Shown piece after piece: positions 49,013 through 59,666 of a DNA stretch of 64,000 nt. A program made the translations under genes and the position numbers. Under the pieces are notes generated by a model that worked only from the letters and a program-made list of their open reading frames with translations, had not been told where the DNA came from and searched no databases. This DNA comes from an uncultured bacterium (GTDB lineage Bacteria > Chloroflexota > UBA5177 > JANWHV01), in NCBI GenBank assembly GCA_963827235.1, contig CAWHAE010000010.1, positions 480,001 to 544,000 of the forward strand. The letters run 5' to 3'. Every line of letters starts with the position of its first letter. Position 1 is the stretch's first letter.

Positions 49013-52000
49013 TCAGGGCAACGTGCTGCCGGCGGCCGCGGCGCCTCCCCATGCCCCGTTGAAATAGAACGTCTGCTCGGCGACAACCTGGACGCCGTTT
49101 GCCGACGTGACGTACGTGATATGGCGGCCCGGTCCGACGAGCTTCAGCATGTCCTGCGTCAGGCGGCTGCATGGCGGCAATACCACGTCTGACTGCCTGA
49201 GGGGCACGCCGGATGTGTCGGTGGTCAGTATGGTGAGCGCCGCTGCCTGCGTGCTGGATGGGTTGAGCAGAGTGATGAACTCCTTGAGACCGCGAACGAC
49301 CTGCTTGGAGGCGAGCTTCTCCTGAGCGGAGGTGTCGCCGGGGAAGACCCAGCTCCCTGCCGTCTTCTCTACCATATTGACCATGGTGGGCCGGCTCTTG
49401 CCCGGACCGAAAGTCAATATGCGGTTGGCTGCGATCGGCACAGAGCTGGTCATGAGCACCGTGAACTCTCCTCGCGGCGCGATCGATCCCACGTTGAAGG
49501 TCGCGCGGCTGTCCGGCTGCACGATTATGACGGCAGTGGCGTACGGTATTGGACTACCGATCGGCGAAGTGGTGGCAGAGGGTACTGCTGTGCCGGTCAG
49601 GGTGGCCGTGGCGGATGGCGTCGAGGTCATGGTGCTCGAGACCGTGGCCGAGGGCGTAGCCGTGCTCGTGCTGGTCAGTGTGCTCGTGTCCGTGGCGGAC
49701 GGCACCGGCGTGCCCGTAATCGGCACCGCAACGGTCGGCGACGAGGTGCCGGTGGGCGAGATCGTGGCACTGGGCGTGGGCGTGGTGGTCGCCGACGCAG
49801 TGAGCGACGGGGTCGGCGTGAAGTCGGCCAGCGTGGTAACGATCGGCACGGGCCTTCCGCCGCTCACCGACGGCTCCTGAGCGAAGACCTGTACCTGTAC
49901 ACGCGCCGCCGTCGTCTGGTCGGGGTTGTAGAGGGCGATGAAGTCGCCGCTCGTGCTGGCGGTATACCCTTCGGCTGCATACCATTTGCGCGAAAGGTCG
50001 GAGATGCCCGGCGCACCGGTGATGCCGGCCGGGTGGGTGACGTATGCCGTGTACTCGGCGACGATCGGTTGATCGGCATGCACGATCGTGGCCAGCTGCG
50101 GATCGTGGCCGTCAACCGCAATGACCAGGTCGCGTGTGCTGTACGGATCGACATGCGTGGTGATCTGATCGCCGCCGCCGGACTGCGAGACCGTTTCGAC
50201 GAGAACGCCGGCAGCATCGGCGGTGGGATTGCTCAACGTGACCACCTGGCTGATTGGCGTCACACCTGCGATGCCCGGCAGGTACCAGTCGGTGGCCGCC
50301 TTGCCCGCCCCCGCGCCCATGGTGGCTGAGACGCCGAAGAAGAGCGACCGGCTGGCGGCTACCCGGCGATCGGAATACAGGTCGGCGCTGATTGGACCCG
50401 GCGGCAGGTGCAGTGCACCCACGTCGAAGGTCGCCAGCGCATGCGGCTGAGCCAGCACGTTCGTGGTGGTGATCGCTCCGGATTCTCCTGAAAAGGTAAT
50501 GTGGATGCGCGCCGGCGTCGCTGCCGGGTTGGCCATCTGCAACATCTCTCCGTATTGCGGGTTCGAAGACCCCGCCGCGAAGTAGACGTGGGGCGAGTGG
50601 GCGGGGAAGGTGGGCGTGGCCGTGGCGGTAGGGGTCGACGTGTTCGTGGCAGTGGGCGTGCTGGTACCGGTTTCGGTCGCCGTTGCAGTGGGTGAGCTGA
50701 CTACCGGCGTGCCCGTGCTGGTCGGGATCGGACTGTTGGTCGGCGTGGGTGTGAGCGTGGGCAGGAACGGCCCGGTCTCCACGATGATCTGAGGCACGCC
50801 GCCCACGATGAAGTCGGACGAGGTGGCGCCGTGGTTGTTCGTGGCGCCTGCCAGTGTGAGCTGGTAGTAGCCGTCAGGTCCTGGCGTGACAGATCCAGCG
50901 CTGCCGTCCAAGCCAACCATGGTACCGCCGCCGGCATTCTGTGCGTAGAGCTTGCTGGTGACGGTTTGATGAGAGGCATTCCAGATCACGGTAACGTGCT
51001 GCTGGCCCTCGTCGAGCACGATCTTGGTGATCGGATCGTCGATCGATATGGACACCGACTGCACGTTCGCGAAGTACTGCGCGATCATGTGAAACGTGGC
51101 CGCCGTGGCTCGGACCTGTCCGCGGTACTTGAACAGGCCCCAGTACTGGGGCTGGCCGACGTCGCTCGCCCTATACCAGAGCATGTGGTCGATGCCGCCG
51201 GCCAGTGCCGCGGCGAAGCTCTCCACCATGTACGACTGCGCTTCGAGCGTAGTGCCGACGATGCCCGCCTTCGACGACGGCGGATCGTCGTCCACAGGAA
51301 TGCCCAGCTCGGTGGCAAACACCGGCTTGTCGGGAATGCCAAACTGCCGGAGCAAGGCGTGCGCGGTCTGGCCAAGGGTGTATGGGGCGATGGCCCGACC
51401 GTATGAGTGGATGCCGATAGCATCGAAGTAATAGTTGTTCGCTGAGGCTCCGGGATCGGCCACGTCTGCCTGGAGCACGTCGTGCAGCCAGGTCGGGTTG
51501 TAGTTCAGGCCGCCGGTGATCACCCTGGCGCCGGGATCCATGGCCTTGATCGCCTGATAGGCGACCTTGATCAACTGGAAGAACTGAGCGCGGCTGCCGG
51601 CCCAACCGGCGCCGCCGAGCAGATCCGGCTCGTTCCAGATCTCATAATCGGAGATGCGGCCCCTGAAATGCGCCGCGCTGGCGGCGACGAAGGCGCCCCA
51701 GGTGTTGTCCGGGTCGTTCCAGGCCAAGTCAAGCCCGATGGGGACCTGCGCGGACGTGTTCGTCGTGGCCACGCTGGTTGCCCAATAGGGCGTATGCTCG
51801 AGCACCGCTATGGTGGAGTAGCCATGTGCCACATCCGAGCTCACGTACTGCTCAGGCATGCTGAAGTCGAATCTGTCTGCCTGAGGCTCGGCCTGCTGCC
51901 AGTCGAAGGAGAAGCGATTGATCTTGGCCCCGAGGGGCTGTGCATTGGTCGCCCAGGGGAGGATCGAGATACCTGGCACGGAATGTGTGTTGTCGGGAAG

Positions 52001-52162
52001 TATGGCGTTGAGTCCGAATCGCTGATCGTCGAGCAGGAGCGGCGCCACTCGCGCTGCTCCCGCCTGAGGTGTGTTGTCGTGGCGGCTGAGCACGAGGCCC
52101 ATGCCGGCGACGAGCAGACATGCCGCGAGTAGCGGCCGTGTGCCGAGACTGAGGCGGTGCAA
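49013..52162 (-). CDS. Secreted clan GH-A glycoside hydrolase (GH39/GH5-like) with Thr/Pro linkers and a C-terminal beta-rich region
   Basis: Signal peptide; YEIWNEPD (acid/base), FDAIGIHSY, VFATELG (nucleophile); TPTPT-rich linkers; repeated YFAAG/WYAAEG..NP segments. Confidence 0.8.
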   Translation of the reverse strand: MHRLSLGTRPLLAACLLVAGMGLVLSRHDNTPQAGAARVAPLLLDDQRFGLNAILPDNTHSVPGISILPWATNAQPLGAKINRFSFDWQQAEPQADRFDFSMPEQYVSSDVAHGYSTIAVLEHTPYWATSVATTNTSAQVPIGLDLAWNDPDNTWGAFVAASAAHFRGRISDYEIWNEPDLLGGAGWAGSRAQFFQLIKVAYQAIKAMDPGARVITGGLNYNPTWLHDVLQADVADPGASANNYYFDAIGIHSYGRAIAPYTLGQTAHALLRQFGIPDKPVFATELGIPVDDDPPSSKAGIVGTTLEAQSYMVESFAAALAGGIDHMLWYRASDVGQPQYWGLFKYRGQVRATAATFHMIAQYFANVQSVSISIDDPITKIVLDEGQQHVTVIWNASHQTVTSKLYAQNAGGGTMVGLDGSAGSVTPGPDGYYQLTLAGATNNHGATSSDFIVGGVPQIIVETGPFLPTLTPTPTNSPIPTSTGTPVVSSPTATATETGTSTPTATNTSTPTATATPTFPAHSPHVYFAAGSSNPQYGEMLQMANPAATPARIHITFSGESGAITTTNVLAQPHALATFDVGALHLPPGPISADLYSDRRVAASRSLFFGVSATMGAGAGKAATDWYLPGIAGVTPISQVVTLSNPTADAAGVLVETVSQSGGGDQITTHVDPYSTRDLVIAVDGHDPQLATIVHADQPIVAEYTAYVTHPAGITGAPGISDLSRKWYAAEGYTASTSGDFIALYNPDQTTAARVQVQVFAQEPSVSGGRPVPIVTTLADFTPTPSLTASATTTPTPSATISPTGTSSPTVAVPITGTPVPSATDTSTLTSTSTATPSATVSSTMTSTPSATATLTGTAVPSATTSPIGSPIPYATAVIIVQPDSRATFNVGSIAPRGEFTVLMTSSVPIAANRILTFGPGKSRPTMVNMVEKTAGSWVFPGDTSAQEKLASKQVVRGLKEFITLLNPSSTQAAALTILTTDTSGVPLRQSDVVLPPCSRLTQDMLKLVGPGRHITYVTSANGVQVVAEQTFYFNGAWGGAAAAGSTLP

Positions 52163-52565
52163 TAAACTCTCCTATCCCCGGTGAAAACGTGGCGCGACCG
52201 CGATGGACAAGGCGGAGACAGCGGTCGAGCTCGTGAACGCCGTCGAGACGTGCCGCCGCTCCCCACTGCCGCCCGAAACGGACAGGCTGCGGGCACTGCG
52301 GAGCTGTCGAGCTCCGTGGCCGCCGGAGCCGGCGTGCAGATTCAGTATAGCCGCCCAAGCTACCGCTCTCGTCCCTCCTGTGGAAGCTCCGTCCTGCTCT
52401 TGCGCCCGAAGCTTCGACCGCAAAGGACCCGCGATCGCCGGATCGAACACCCAGATCAGAGAGTGCGCGAATGAACGGACAGAGCAGCGGCTCGGCCGCG
52501 TCTGCCGCCCAACCATGCCGTATTCGTGCCGTGCGAACGCCGCTGAGCCGGCCAATCGGGGGCAG

Positions 52566-53660
52566 CTACATCGCAGTTGGCGCAGTGCCCCGTCCTCGGC
52601 GGCTTTCAAGCATGTTCTTCCATGCCTGCTCGAAGGCCTCGTTCGGATTCATAGGCGGGGACCAGTAGCCACTGCCCGTAGCGAGGCGAATCTCGAGACC
52701 GTCGGCGCGGTGCCCCTCGAGGATTCCGTCGATCGCCCTTCGAATGCGCGCAATTGGCTGTGGGTCTTGCTGTGGCTCCAGCCCCGGCATGACCGCCGCG
52801 AACGTCAGGTCGTCAAGCCGGCACACTATGTCGCCGTGCCGCACATTGGCCTGCAGCGCGCCGCTCGTGGAGCGAAGAGCCCCGTTGACCGTCTGACGAT
52901 CCAGGCTCATGGTGTTTGCCGACCACAACCGCAGGACGAGAATGGCCGACGGGCAACCGGCTTCGTTGAGTGCCTGCATGGCGCGTCCCATCACCTTGGC
53001 AGTCGGCAACCCGGTCACAGCGTCGCGCTCGCCGCTCTGACGGACTTCCACCTTGGCGTCGGCGAGCATGCGTTCCAGGCGATCTCGTGGCGGCGACCGG
53101 CGCCGTCTGCCGGCAGCGACAGACGGCGCCTCGGGCGCGGCCCGCGCGGCATCAAGCTCTCCGAGCGTCTTGGTGTCACCCGGCGCGGCCTGGGCCGACT
53201 GGGACGACTGCTGCGGCACGATCATGAAGCGGTCTGCCAGTCCAGAGACGTCCTTGGGCTGCTGCTCAACTTGCCCTCGTGAGTTTCGCTGCTTCAATGG
53301 CGTGCTGTATATGTCGAGCAGGCGTTGGCGCATAGCGCCGGGCGACAGACTCGCGGCGAGCACGCCGGACACGGGGACAGTTGTGGGGTCAGCAGGCGCC
53401 GCCGCGCCAGGGGAAACGAGCACGAAGCGGCTGATGTTGTCGGCCCGGCGCTGGCGGCAGAAAAGCGCTGTTGCAGGATCATTCAGTATCTGTGCGTCGC
53501 AGAGAATAAGGTCGGGATTGAACTCAGCCGCCAACTGAGTGGCTTGCGACGCCGTCGCCGCCTCGGCTACTACCGCCAGCCCGACCTGGCCGCCAAGTGC
53601 TCGCAGCCTGACCCTTTGCATTGGCTGGCTCATGGCAACCAGCAGCTGCACAATCCTCAT
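52566..53660 (-). CDS. Receiver-like domain plus degenerate GGDEF domain protein
   Basis: N-terminus VVAEA..PDLILCD; C-terminus RDAVTGLP..VRHGDIVCRLDDLTFAAVMP. Confidence 0.72.
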   Translation of the reverse strand: MRIVQLLVAMSQPMQRVRLRALGGQVGLAVVAEAATASQATQLAAEFNPDLILCDAQILNDPATALFCRQRRADNISRFVLVSPGAAAPADPTTVPVSGVLAASLSPGAMRQRLLDIYSTPLKQRNSRGQVEQQPKDVSGLADRFMIVPQQSSQSAQAAPGDTKTLGELDAARAAPEAPSVAAGRRRRSPPRDRLERMLADAKVEVRQSGERDAVTGLPTAKVMGRAMQALNEAGCPSAILVLRLWSANTMSLDRQTVNGALRSTSGALQANVRHGDIVCRLDDLTFAAVMPGLEPQQDPQPIARIRRAIDGILEGHRADGLEIRLATGSGYWSPPMNPNEAFEQAWKNMLESRRGRGTAPTAM

Positions 53661-54060
53661 CTGTACCCCCGAGCGCGCCCGGACCCGATACTCGTTAGTC
53701 GCGTCTACCTGGATGCAGGTATCGCGCCGTGGCCAGGCAACAACCGTCGGCCATATTCTTGGCGCAGGCCGTGTCGGGCGCTGCCAATCGCGACCCGTCG
53801 CGGCATCGCTCTCGAGCGGCCGTCCCGCTCTATGATAGATTATCCCACGTAGCCCGTTTCCCCGCGTCAAGCCTGGGACAGGCGCACCCAGGGATACATC
53901 CACCGGCTTATTTCCGATTGCCTGGTGGCCGTAGTCTCCAGCTGCGGCGGTGCTTTGCTAGACTGAACCTGTGTCGTACCCACCGGTGGTCGATGCTTCT
54001 GAGTGCCGTGGATCGGGGCCGGGCGCCGGACGGTTGGAATGCGGGCAGGCGAGGGCGGCG

Positions 54061-54699
54061 ATGACCGAGGACTTCCAGCGTGAATCTCCCGCGCAAGATG
54101 ACAGCGCTATGGTTTACCGGCTGTGCAGGCACAAGTATGCCGGCACGCTGCACCTGACAAATCTATGGTGGAGCGATTCAGACGACCAGGTATTGGGCAC
54201 CGATGCCCTGAGCGAGCGAGCATGGCTCGACCATCTCGGGCGAGCTCGGCTGCACGTGAACCCCGGCACGCATCCGCTTCGCCTGCAGGTACTTTCGGCC
54301 GACGCGAGAGAGTGCCTGGTTCCCCTGACGACCTACCTGGCCACGGAACGCGATGGTCACGCCTGGTTCGTGCGCCAGATTGGCGAAGAGCTGGCGCAGG
54401 AGAACGCGGCGATGACCTCCGCCATGCGTGGCATGGCCTTCACGGATGGCTGGCTCTCCGTATTGGAGCACGCGGATCTGCGCCAGGCCTGGCATGCTGA
54501 GATGATCAGGCGCGGATTCAGCGGTGATCCCGCGCTGGAGACGCCAGTTCAGTCCGCTATGCCCACGAGGCTGCTTCAACAGGCACGACGAACCTGGTCC
54601 ACGTCCTACGAAGGTGCGCGCGCGCGTCACGCCTCGCTCATCGCGGAATGGGATGCCCTGAGGGAGGATGAGGCGAGAGCCTCCGGCCCGCTGGCCTAA
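54061..54699 (+). CDS. Hypothetical protein
   Basis: 212-aa ORF filling an intergenic gap, with protein-like composition and a GAGGG RBS; no family recognised. Confidence 0.6.
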   Translation: MTEDFQRESPAQDDSAMVYRLCRHKYAGTLHLTNLWWSDSDDQVLGTDALSERAWLDHLGRARLHVNPGTHPLRLQVLSADARECLVPLTTYLATERDGHAWFVRQIGEELAQENAAMTSAMRGMAFTDGWLSVLEHADLRQAWHAEMIRRGFSGDPALETPVQSAMPTRLLQQARRTWSTSYEGARARHASLIAEWDALREDEARASGPLA

Positions 54700-54835
54700 T
54701 CGGACAGATGGTGGAAGCGATCGACGACATTGCATCCCACACAAGTATCCTCGCGCGTAACGTCGACGCGGATCACGGTGCGGACGAGGCGAGCGTCCCG
54801 GTCAGCCAGGGGCGGGCCGGGGGGCGCATACTCAC

Positions 54836-55780
54836 TCAGTGATCGGCAAACAGTGCGCTCACCGATTCTCCGTCGTGAATCCGCTTGATCGCCTCCGCGA
54901 ACAGCGGCGCGATGGAGATCACAGTCATGTGCGGCAGGCGTTTCTCGGGCGGCACCGGCACCGTGTCCGTGGTGACGATATGCTCCACGTCTGGCTGGCT
55001 GCTCAGCCGCTCCATGGCCTTGCCTGTGAACAAGCCGTGGGTGCAGGCCACGCTGATGTGCTTTACGCCCTGAGCGCGCAGGAGCGGGAGCAGCGCGACG
55101 ATAGTGCCGGCGTTGGCGATCTCATCGTCGAGCACGATGGCGTCGCGTCCCGTCACGTTGCCGACGATCGTCTCGATCACCACACTGTCGTCCGCAAGAC
55201 GCTGCTTGTTGGCCGCTGCTACCGGCAAGCCCAGCATGCGGGCGAAGGCAGTGGCGCTCTTGGCGTTACCCAGGTCCGGCGACACGACAACCGCGTTGCT
55301 GATGTCGCGGCCGCGGAAGTGGCGAGCAAGCACGTTGAGCGCGTTGAGGTGGTCGACGGGCACGCTGAAGAAGCCGTGCACTTGCGCGGAGTGCAGGGTC
55401 ATGGTCAACACGCGGCTGGCGCCAGCGGCCGCCATCAAGTTTGCCACCAGGCGGGCGGCAATGGAGATCCGCGGCGCATCCTTCTTATCCGAGCGCGCAT
55501 AGGCATAGTGTGGAATCACGGCGGTGATACGCGCGGCAGAGGCGTCTCGGGCGGCGTCCAGCATGAGCAAGAGCTCGAAAAGGTGCTCCTGGGTTGGAGG
55601 CACAAGCGGTTGGATCAGGAACACATCGCACTCGCGGCAGTTGGCCTGGAGCTGCACTTCGACGCAGTCGTTGCTGAATCGTCCGATTCTGGCCGGGCGC
55701 AACGGCAGGTTCAAATGGTCACAGATGTCCGCCGCCAGGGTGGGATGAGCACTACCGCTGAAAATGGCGATGTCTCGCAT
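54836..55780 (-). CDS. prs: Ribose-phosphate pyrophosphokinase
   Basis: IFSGSAHP, PHYAYARSDKK, VVSPDLG, VLDDEIA.AGT, CTHGLF. Confidence 0.94.
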   Translation of the reverse strand: MRDIAIFSGSAHPTLAADICDHLNLPLRPARIGRFSNDCVEVQLQANCRECDVFLIQPLVPPTQEHLFELLLMLDAARDASAARITAVIPHYAYARSDKKDAPRISIAARLVANLMAAAGASRVLTMTLHSAQVHGFFSVPVDHLNALNVLARHFRGRDISNAVVVSPDLGNAKSATAFARMLGLPVAAANKQRLADDSVVIETIVGNVTGRDAIVLDDEIANAGTIVALLPLLRAQGVKHISVACTHGLFTGKAMERLSSQPDVEHIVTTDTVPVPPEKRLPHMTVISIAPLFAEAIKRIHDGESVSALFADH

Positions 55781-56006
55781 CGGGGTCTCCGCTCCTCCGG
55801 CTGTCAGTGCGAAAAGGCGCACAGAATATACCGGCGGCCGGTCGACAAGCGCCCTGGCCGCCTTCTCTGGATTGCTACCGGGCAGTCGCGCGGAGGCGCA
55901 CCGCCCGGTAGCAATAACATGCACACGTTCTCTGGTGCCGGATCACCGCTCGAGCGCACCGCGTGCACGGCAATGCCGATCCCGGTAATAAGGATACCGA
56001 GTGTAG

Positions 56007-57530
56007 CTAGCCGAGGTTGACGCGCGCGCTCTCTTCGAACGTCGGCACGAGGGCACGGTAGAGATCGGAGTATAGCCGCGCACCGACCTCATAGACTGCC
56101 GCCCCATGACCAGGCTCAACCGTGCCGACCGGCACAACAAGCCGTCCAGCGTCCTCGATGGTGGCGAAAGCTCCGCCGCCGGTGGCGGCCAGCAGGGCGG
56201 CACCATACGCCGGGCCTTCGTCGACGGACTGCATGGTGACCCGGACGTTGAAGACATCGGCCAGGGTCTGCCGCCAGAACGGGCTCTTGGCGCCTCCACC
56301 GGTGAGCCGTACTGCCTCCACCGTTATCCCGGCACCGCGCAGCAGATCGAGCGACTGGCCAAGGGCGTAGCTGACTCCCTCGATCACGGCTCTGGCCATG
56401 TGTCCCCGCGTGTGGCGCGGGCTGAGGCCAAAGAACACACCGCGGGCCACGGCCGAGCCGTGCGGCGTGCGCTCGCCGGTGAGATAGGGAAGGAACAGCA
56501 GGCCCTCTGAGCCGGCAGGGGCAGTCTCGGCTTCCGCCGTGATCGCCGTGTAGGGATCGCTACTTTGCCGGGCTGCAGCAGCCACCAGGTCGGGACAGCA
56601 CGTGTCGCGGAACCATCGCAGTGCACCGCCTGCTGAGAGTATGACGCCCATCAGATAGTTCGTTCGCGGCGATACGTGCGAGAACAGGTGCACGTTGTGG
56701 CCCGGGTTTTGCACGTCGAGCCCGACCGGAGCCAACACCGTGCCGGACGTGCCTATGCTGCACACCACCTGGCCGGGCCCCAGAACACCGGAGCCGGCGG
56801 CCGCGCAGGCGTTGTCGGCGCCGCCGCCCATTACGACCGTGCCTTCGCGAAGGCCGGTTTCCCGTGCCGCGAGCGAGCCCAGCCTTCCCACTACGCCGGC
56901 CGACGGCACTATCCGCGGCATCAGGTTCTTGTCCAGGTCCAGCGCGGCAAGCATGTCTGCTGACCATTCGCGCCGGTGCACGTCGAAGAGCATGGTGCCG
57001 GCCGCATCCGAAGGCTCACAGGCCAACACGCCGGTCAGACGGTAGTTAAGGTAGTCGCGCGGCAGCTGCATCCTGGCCACGCGGGCCCAGACGCCGGGCT
57101 CGTGCTTGCGTACCCAGAGCAGCTTGGGTGCCGTGAATCCGGCCAGCGGCGTGTTGCCGGTCAGCTCGAGTAAGCGCGACGTGCCGACAGCCTGGGTGAT
57201 CTCCTCGCATTCTCGTGCGCTGCGCTGGTCGTTCCACAGGATGCATGGGCGCACGGGCTCGCCGCCGGCGTCCAGCAGTACCGCGCCGTGCATCTGGCCG
57301 GAGGCGGCCACGGCGACGACCTCGCTCGCCGCGGTGCCGGTGCGCGCCAGGACCTCGCGAACGGCACTGCAGGTCGACACCCACCAGTCCGCGGGATTCT
57401 GTTCCATCCAGCCCGGCGCCGGGCTGTGCAGCGGGTGTTCCGCGGAAGCGGAGCCAATGACGGTGCCCGACCGATCGACGAGCAGCGCGCGGACGCCGGT
57501 CGTGCCCAGGTCCAGTCCCATGAACGCCAT
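56007..57530 (-). CDS. xylB: Xylulokinase (FGGY family)
   Basis: GLDLGTT, SGQMHG, ILWNDQR, GFTAPKLLW, SIGTSG, PYLTGERTPH, GGGAKS. Confidence 0.9.
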   Translation of the reverse strand: MAFMGLDLGTTGVRALLVDRSGTVIGSASAEHPLHSPAPGWMEQNPADWWVSTCSAVREVLARTGTAASEVVAVAASGQMHGAVLLDAGGEPVRPCILWNDQRSARECEEITQAVGTSRLLELTGNTPLAGFTAPKLLWVRKHEPGVWARVARMQLPRDYLNYRLTGVLACEPSDAAGTMLFDVHRREWSADMLAALDLDKNLMPRIVPSAGVVGRLGSLAARETGLREGTVVMGGGADNACAAAGSGVLGPGQVVCSIGTSGTVLAPVGLDVQNPGHNVHLFSHVSPRTNYLMGVILSAGGALRWFRDTCCPDLVAAAARQSSDPYTAITAEAETAPAGSEGLLFLPYLTGERTPHGSAVARGVFFGLSPRHTRGHMARAVIEGVSYALGQSLDLLRGAGITVEAVRLTGGGAKSPFWRQTLADVFNVRVTMQSVDEGPAYGAALLAATGGGAFATIEDAGRLVVPVGTVEPGHGAAVYEVGARLYSDLYRALVPTFEESARVNLG

Positions 57531-57626
57531 TAAACACCTCCGAAGCTCGGCTAGCCGCGCCGTCGGGACACCGGCGGCGCGGATCAGGAATCCGTAGCAA
57601 CGCTGGAAGTAGCCTACCACGTTTCC

Positions 57627-58619
57627 CTAGCTGCCAGGAGGAGGCCACGCCGTCGAGGCGGCGTGTTCGCGCAGGGCGGTGAGCAGGCCGGCGAGCTCGA
57701 TCTGCGCCAATGCCGTGCATTTGTCGCCCGCGCCGTAGGAGAGGAAAAGCCGGCCGTCGCGCAGAAAGTAGCCCTGAGGAAACACGCAGCCGACGTAGTC
57801 GCCGGCCGCCTCGTAAGGTGCCGATGGTGACAGGAGCGGATAGGGCAGCCGGGCCAGGACGCGTCGCGGGTCGAGCGGATCCATCAGGGCCGCGGCCACG
57901 TGGTAGCGACCGGCGCTGTCGACACCGTGGTAGAGCATCAGCCATCCCAGATCGGTCTCGATCGGCGGCACACCGCCGCCAATCTTCGACTGCTCGAAAT
58001 CGTACACACCCCTAAGCACGGTGCTCTGCTCGAGCCGGTTACCGTAGCCCTCCCAGCTCTCGGGCGCCATGAGCGTCTCGATGCAGTCGAAATAGTCGAC
58101 CTGTATACCCGGCGGCACCCTGTGCACGTAGGCGATCCTGCCGCCGATGCGCCTGGGAAAGATGAAGGCGTCCTTATCGGGGTAAGGGCAGGGCACGACG
58201 CCTATCTTGACATAATCCTTGAAGTCGCTCGTTCGCGCGATGCCTACGCGAGGCATGATTCCGTCGTAGGCGCAGAAAAAGATGAAGTAGGTGCCCTCGA
58301 ACGCCACGATGCGGGCATCCTCGCAGCCCAGTCTGTCCATGCCCGGGCCGGGCGCGATCACGGGCTCGGTCGCGTCGGCTAGCAGTCTGCCGGTCGTGTC
58401 GAGGCGCGCGTAGCAGATACAGTTGCGGACGTAGGGGAAATCACGGTCGATCTCGTACTGCAACCAGTCGATCGGTCTGCCGTACCACCTCGGACCCTTC
58501 TCCGTCAGGCGATACAGCATGTGGACCACGCCGTCCACGGCAATCATGCCGGCGTTGAACTTGGCGACCGGCTCGCGGTCGGGAGCCAGTACGACTCCCA
58601 GTCGTTCAAATGCGATCAT
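57627..58619 (-). CDS. GH130-like glycosidase/phosphorylase (five-bladed propeller)
   Basis: KFNAG, GCEDARI, DKDAFIFP, KIGGGVPPIET..GWLMLYHGV, CVFPQG, YGAGD. Confidence 0.85.
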   Translation of the reverse strand: MIAFERLGVVLAPDREPVAKFNAGMIAVDGVVHMLYRLTEKGPRWYGRPIDWLQYEIDRDFPYVRNCICYARLDTTGRLLADATEPVIAPGPGMDRLGCEDARIVAFEGTYFIFFCAYDGIMPRVGIARTSDFKDYVKIGVVPCPYPDKDAFIFPRRIGGRIAYVHRVPPGIQVDYFDCIETLMAPESWEGYGNRLEQSTVLRGVYDFEQSKIGGGVPPIETDLGWLMLYHGVDSAGRYHVAAALMDPLDPRRVLARLPYPLLSPSAPYEAAGDYVGCVFPQGYFLRDGRLFLSYGAGDKCTALAQIELAGLLTALREHAASTAWPPPGS

Positions 58620-58913
58620 GCTCGATGCCTCCCGAATAGCCGGCGTGTCTCGCTGTTCCCTCTTTACTATGCTGCCACGTCTTGCCGCATGCGTCGCACC
58701 ACACGCAAGGAGCATGAGCTGCTGCTTGCCATTCTGAACGCCTACCGGGCACGACAGCGGCAGAACCGGTGGCGCTGCACCGTACCGCCAAGGAGACGCA
58801 GGTCCCTCGGCGCAGGCGCCGGAGCCGGCTTCTCGAGGAAGAAGGCCGCTACATCCCACGGACGGCTTGTCGCACCGCGGGACCCATTGATCTCGGGAGC
58901 CGCCGGAGCGTGC

Positions 58914-59321
58914 TCACCTGGCAGGATCTGCCAGCCGAAGCGTGTAGATCTTGCCTGCCTGCAGGGTAACGGTGAGCAGCATGCGGGGCCCCAGCTCGTC
59001 GTCCGCGACCTGAACCGCTAGATCGTAGGTGCCCGGCTCGAGGGCAAGTAGGTCATTCGTGGAGCAGGCCTGTCCATATTGGTACAGCAGGGGCCCGCCC
59101 GCCTCGGCGACGTCGAGCCTGGACGGCTGCTGAACGCGGAGCAGGGCTTTGCCGGCAGGGGGCTGGGGCGTACTTCGCGTCCGCAGGCGGTCGGCCAGAC
59201 TGCGTCCGCGCGGCGAACCGCCGAACAGGCGCCTTGCCTGCGGTGCTTCGGCTTCGCTTTGCTCGACAAGTACGTTGAAGCTGGGGATTCGCCTCAGCAT
59301 GCCATCACAGAGCGGCGACAC
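58914..59321 (-). CDS. Hypothetical protein
   Basis: GGAGGAGG RBS before a GTG start; beta-sandwich-like C-terminus LEPGTYDL..LQAGKIYTL. Confidence 0.55.
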   Translation of the reverse strand: MSPLCDGMLRRIPSFNVLVEQSEAEAPQARRLFGGSPRGRSLADRLRTRSTPQPPAGKALLRVQQPSRLDVAEAGGPLLYQYGQACSTNDLLALEPGTYDLAVQVADDELGPRMLLTVTLQAGKIYTLRLADPAR

Positions 59322-59666
59322 GGCAATGCCTCCTCCGGCAAGGCCGGGCGAAATCCGGAGCCACGAGGATAATGCCGGCGCCGGTCCCGCTTGGCCCGAT
59401 CAAGATCACGCCGCGCGGGGCTGCGGGCGGTACGAAGACGGCCATGGCTGGGCTCCCTCCGGATATCACTGTGTTTCTCAGTTCCAACGCCACCAGGACC
59501 GGTCGCTTGGCGTTTCCTACAAGGCAATCCTACGGCGCTGAGCTAAGAGCTTGGCCAGCAGGGATTAAGAGAATGCCAAGAGGAACCGATGTGTTTGCTA
59601 AGCTATCGGCTGCGTGCGAGCAATTGCTGTACGCTGAGCATCGCGTAGACGAGAAGGGGAATCGGC

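Noticed and set aside
49545-50770. Repetitive GTGGC/GGCGT-rich tracts
   Set aside because: They are explained by Thr/Pro linker codons; there is no repeat-spacer structure, so not a CRISPR array.
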